Under the pieces are notes generated by a model. The model had not been told where the DNA came from, ran no database searches, and was given only the letters and a program-made list of their open reading frames with translations. Made by a program: the position numbers and the translations under genes. A DNA stretch of 64,000 nucleotides from a virus: the IMG/VR virus record IMGVR_UViG_3300030406_003049, positions 1 to 64,000 of that record; one strand, given 5' to 3'. Each line of letters starts with the position of its first letter. The first letter of the stretch is position 1. This document shows, piece after piece, positions 63,645 through 64,000 of the stretch.

Positions 63645-64000
63645 ATGACATGGAAAAACGCTATTCGCAAGGCAAGAGTATATGATTTTACATATACTAC
63701 TGAACTTGAGAGGCGTAAGCATGGTAGATTGCATTCTATTACTGGTGGAAAGGGTGTCTATGAAACTGATTATGAAAAAGTCATAATTGAATGGAGTTTG
63801 ACTTTTGAGAATAGCGAAGATTCAGTATATATCCAAGAGCCGAATATTGACAAAATTACTGTAGTGGGTGTTGATGCTTCTTTTGATGAGGGCTTTGATG
63901 CGGCTAATATGGAATGGGATATAGAAAATAAAGATGTTGTAGTAGATGATGTTCAAGCAGATATATATTTAAGCACTAAGGAATTACCTATGACTTTGAT
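63645..64000 (+). CDS. MTW-motif protein 4 (partial, runs off the window)
   Basis: Starts MTWKNAIR; open to the window end. Confidence 0.75.
   Translation, partial: MTWKNAIRKARVYDFTYTTELERRKHGRLHSITGGKGVYETDYEKVIIEWSLTFENSEDSVYIQEPNIDKITVVGVDASFDEGFDAANMEWDIENKDVVVDDVQADIYLSTKELPMTL

Larger units (their letters stand above)
61860..63653 (+). repeat. Four identical 20-nt gene-start repeats AGGTGAATAATATGACATGG
   Basis: Copies at 61860, 63091, 63372 and 63634. Confidence 0.9.

Overview
This 64 kb, AT-rich window is part of a tailed archaeal dsDNA virus genome. Gene content best fits the magroviruses (viruses of Marine Group II Euryarchaeota/Poseidoniales); the host assignment is inference. 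1-21.3 kb (+) is a siphovirus-type tail module: adaptor, tail tube, frameshifted tail chaperone, tape measure, a 2893-aa tail-tip protein, fibres and a methyltransferase. 21.5-56 kb (-) is an archaeal-type replication, repair and host-takeover module: MCM-like ATPase, XPF/ERCC4 nuclease, PriS-PriL primase, Cas4-like nuclease, split PolB, PCNA, recombination ATPase, SSB, RFC, ATP-dependent ligase, histone-fold protein, PC4, GroEL/GroES, TFB, DenV-like glycosylase and SF1 helicase. It also holds an apparently complete ubiquitin-like conjugation set (Ubl-GG, E1, E2-like, JAB). 56-61.4 kb is the most unusual part: a structured-RNA candidate, an iteron/AT-rich origin candidate, and an array of self-contained gene cassettes. 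The cassettes are separated by covarying hairpins with a conserved bulge plus an ACCATATGGT palindrome. Two cassettes carry paralogous ORFs enclosed by covarying 5'/3' stems that end in G-CCA, like a tRNA acceptor stem. 61.5-64 kb (+) holds unrelated genes that share an identical 20-nt start and an MTW-x-x-x-[LI]-[KR] N-terminus. All calls come from motif recognition by eye; no database searches or folding programs were run.
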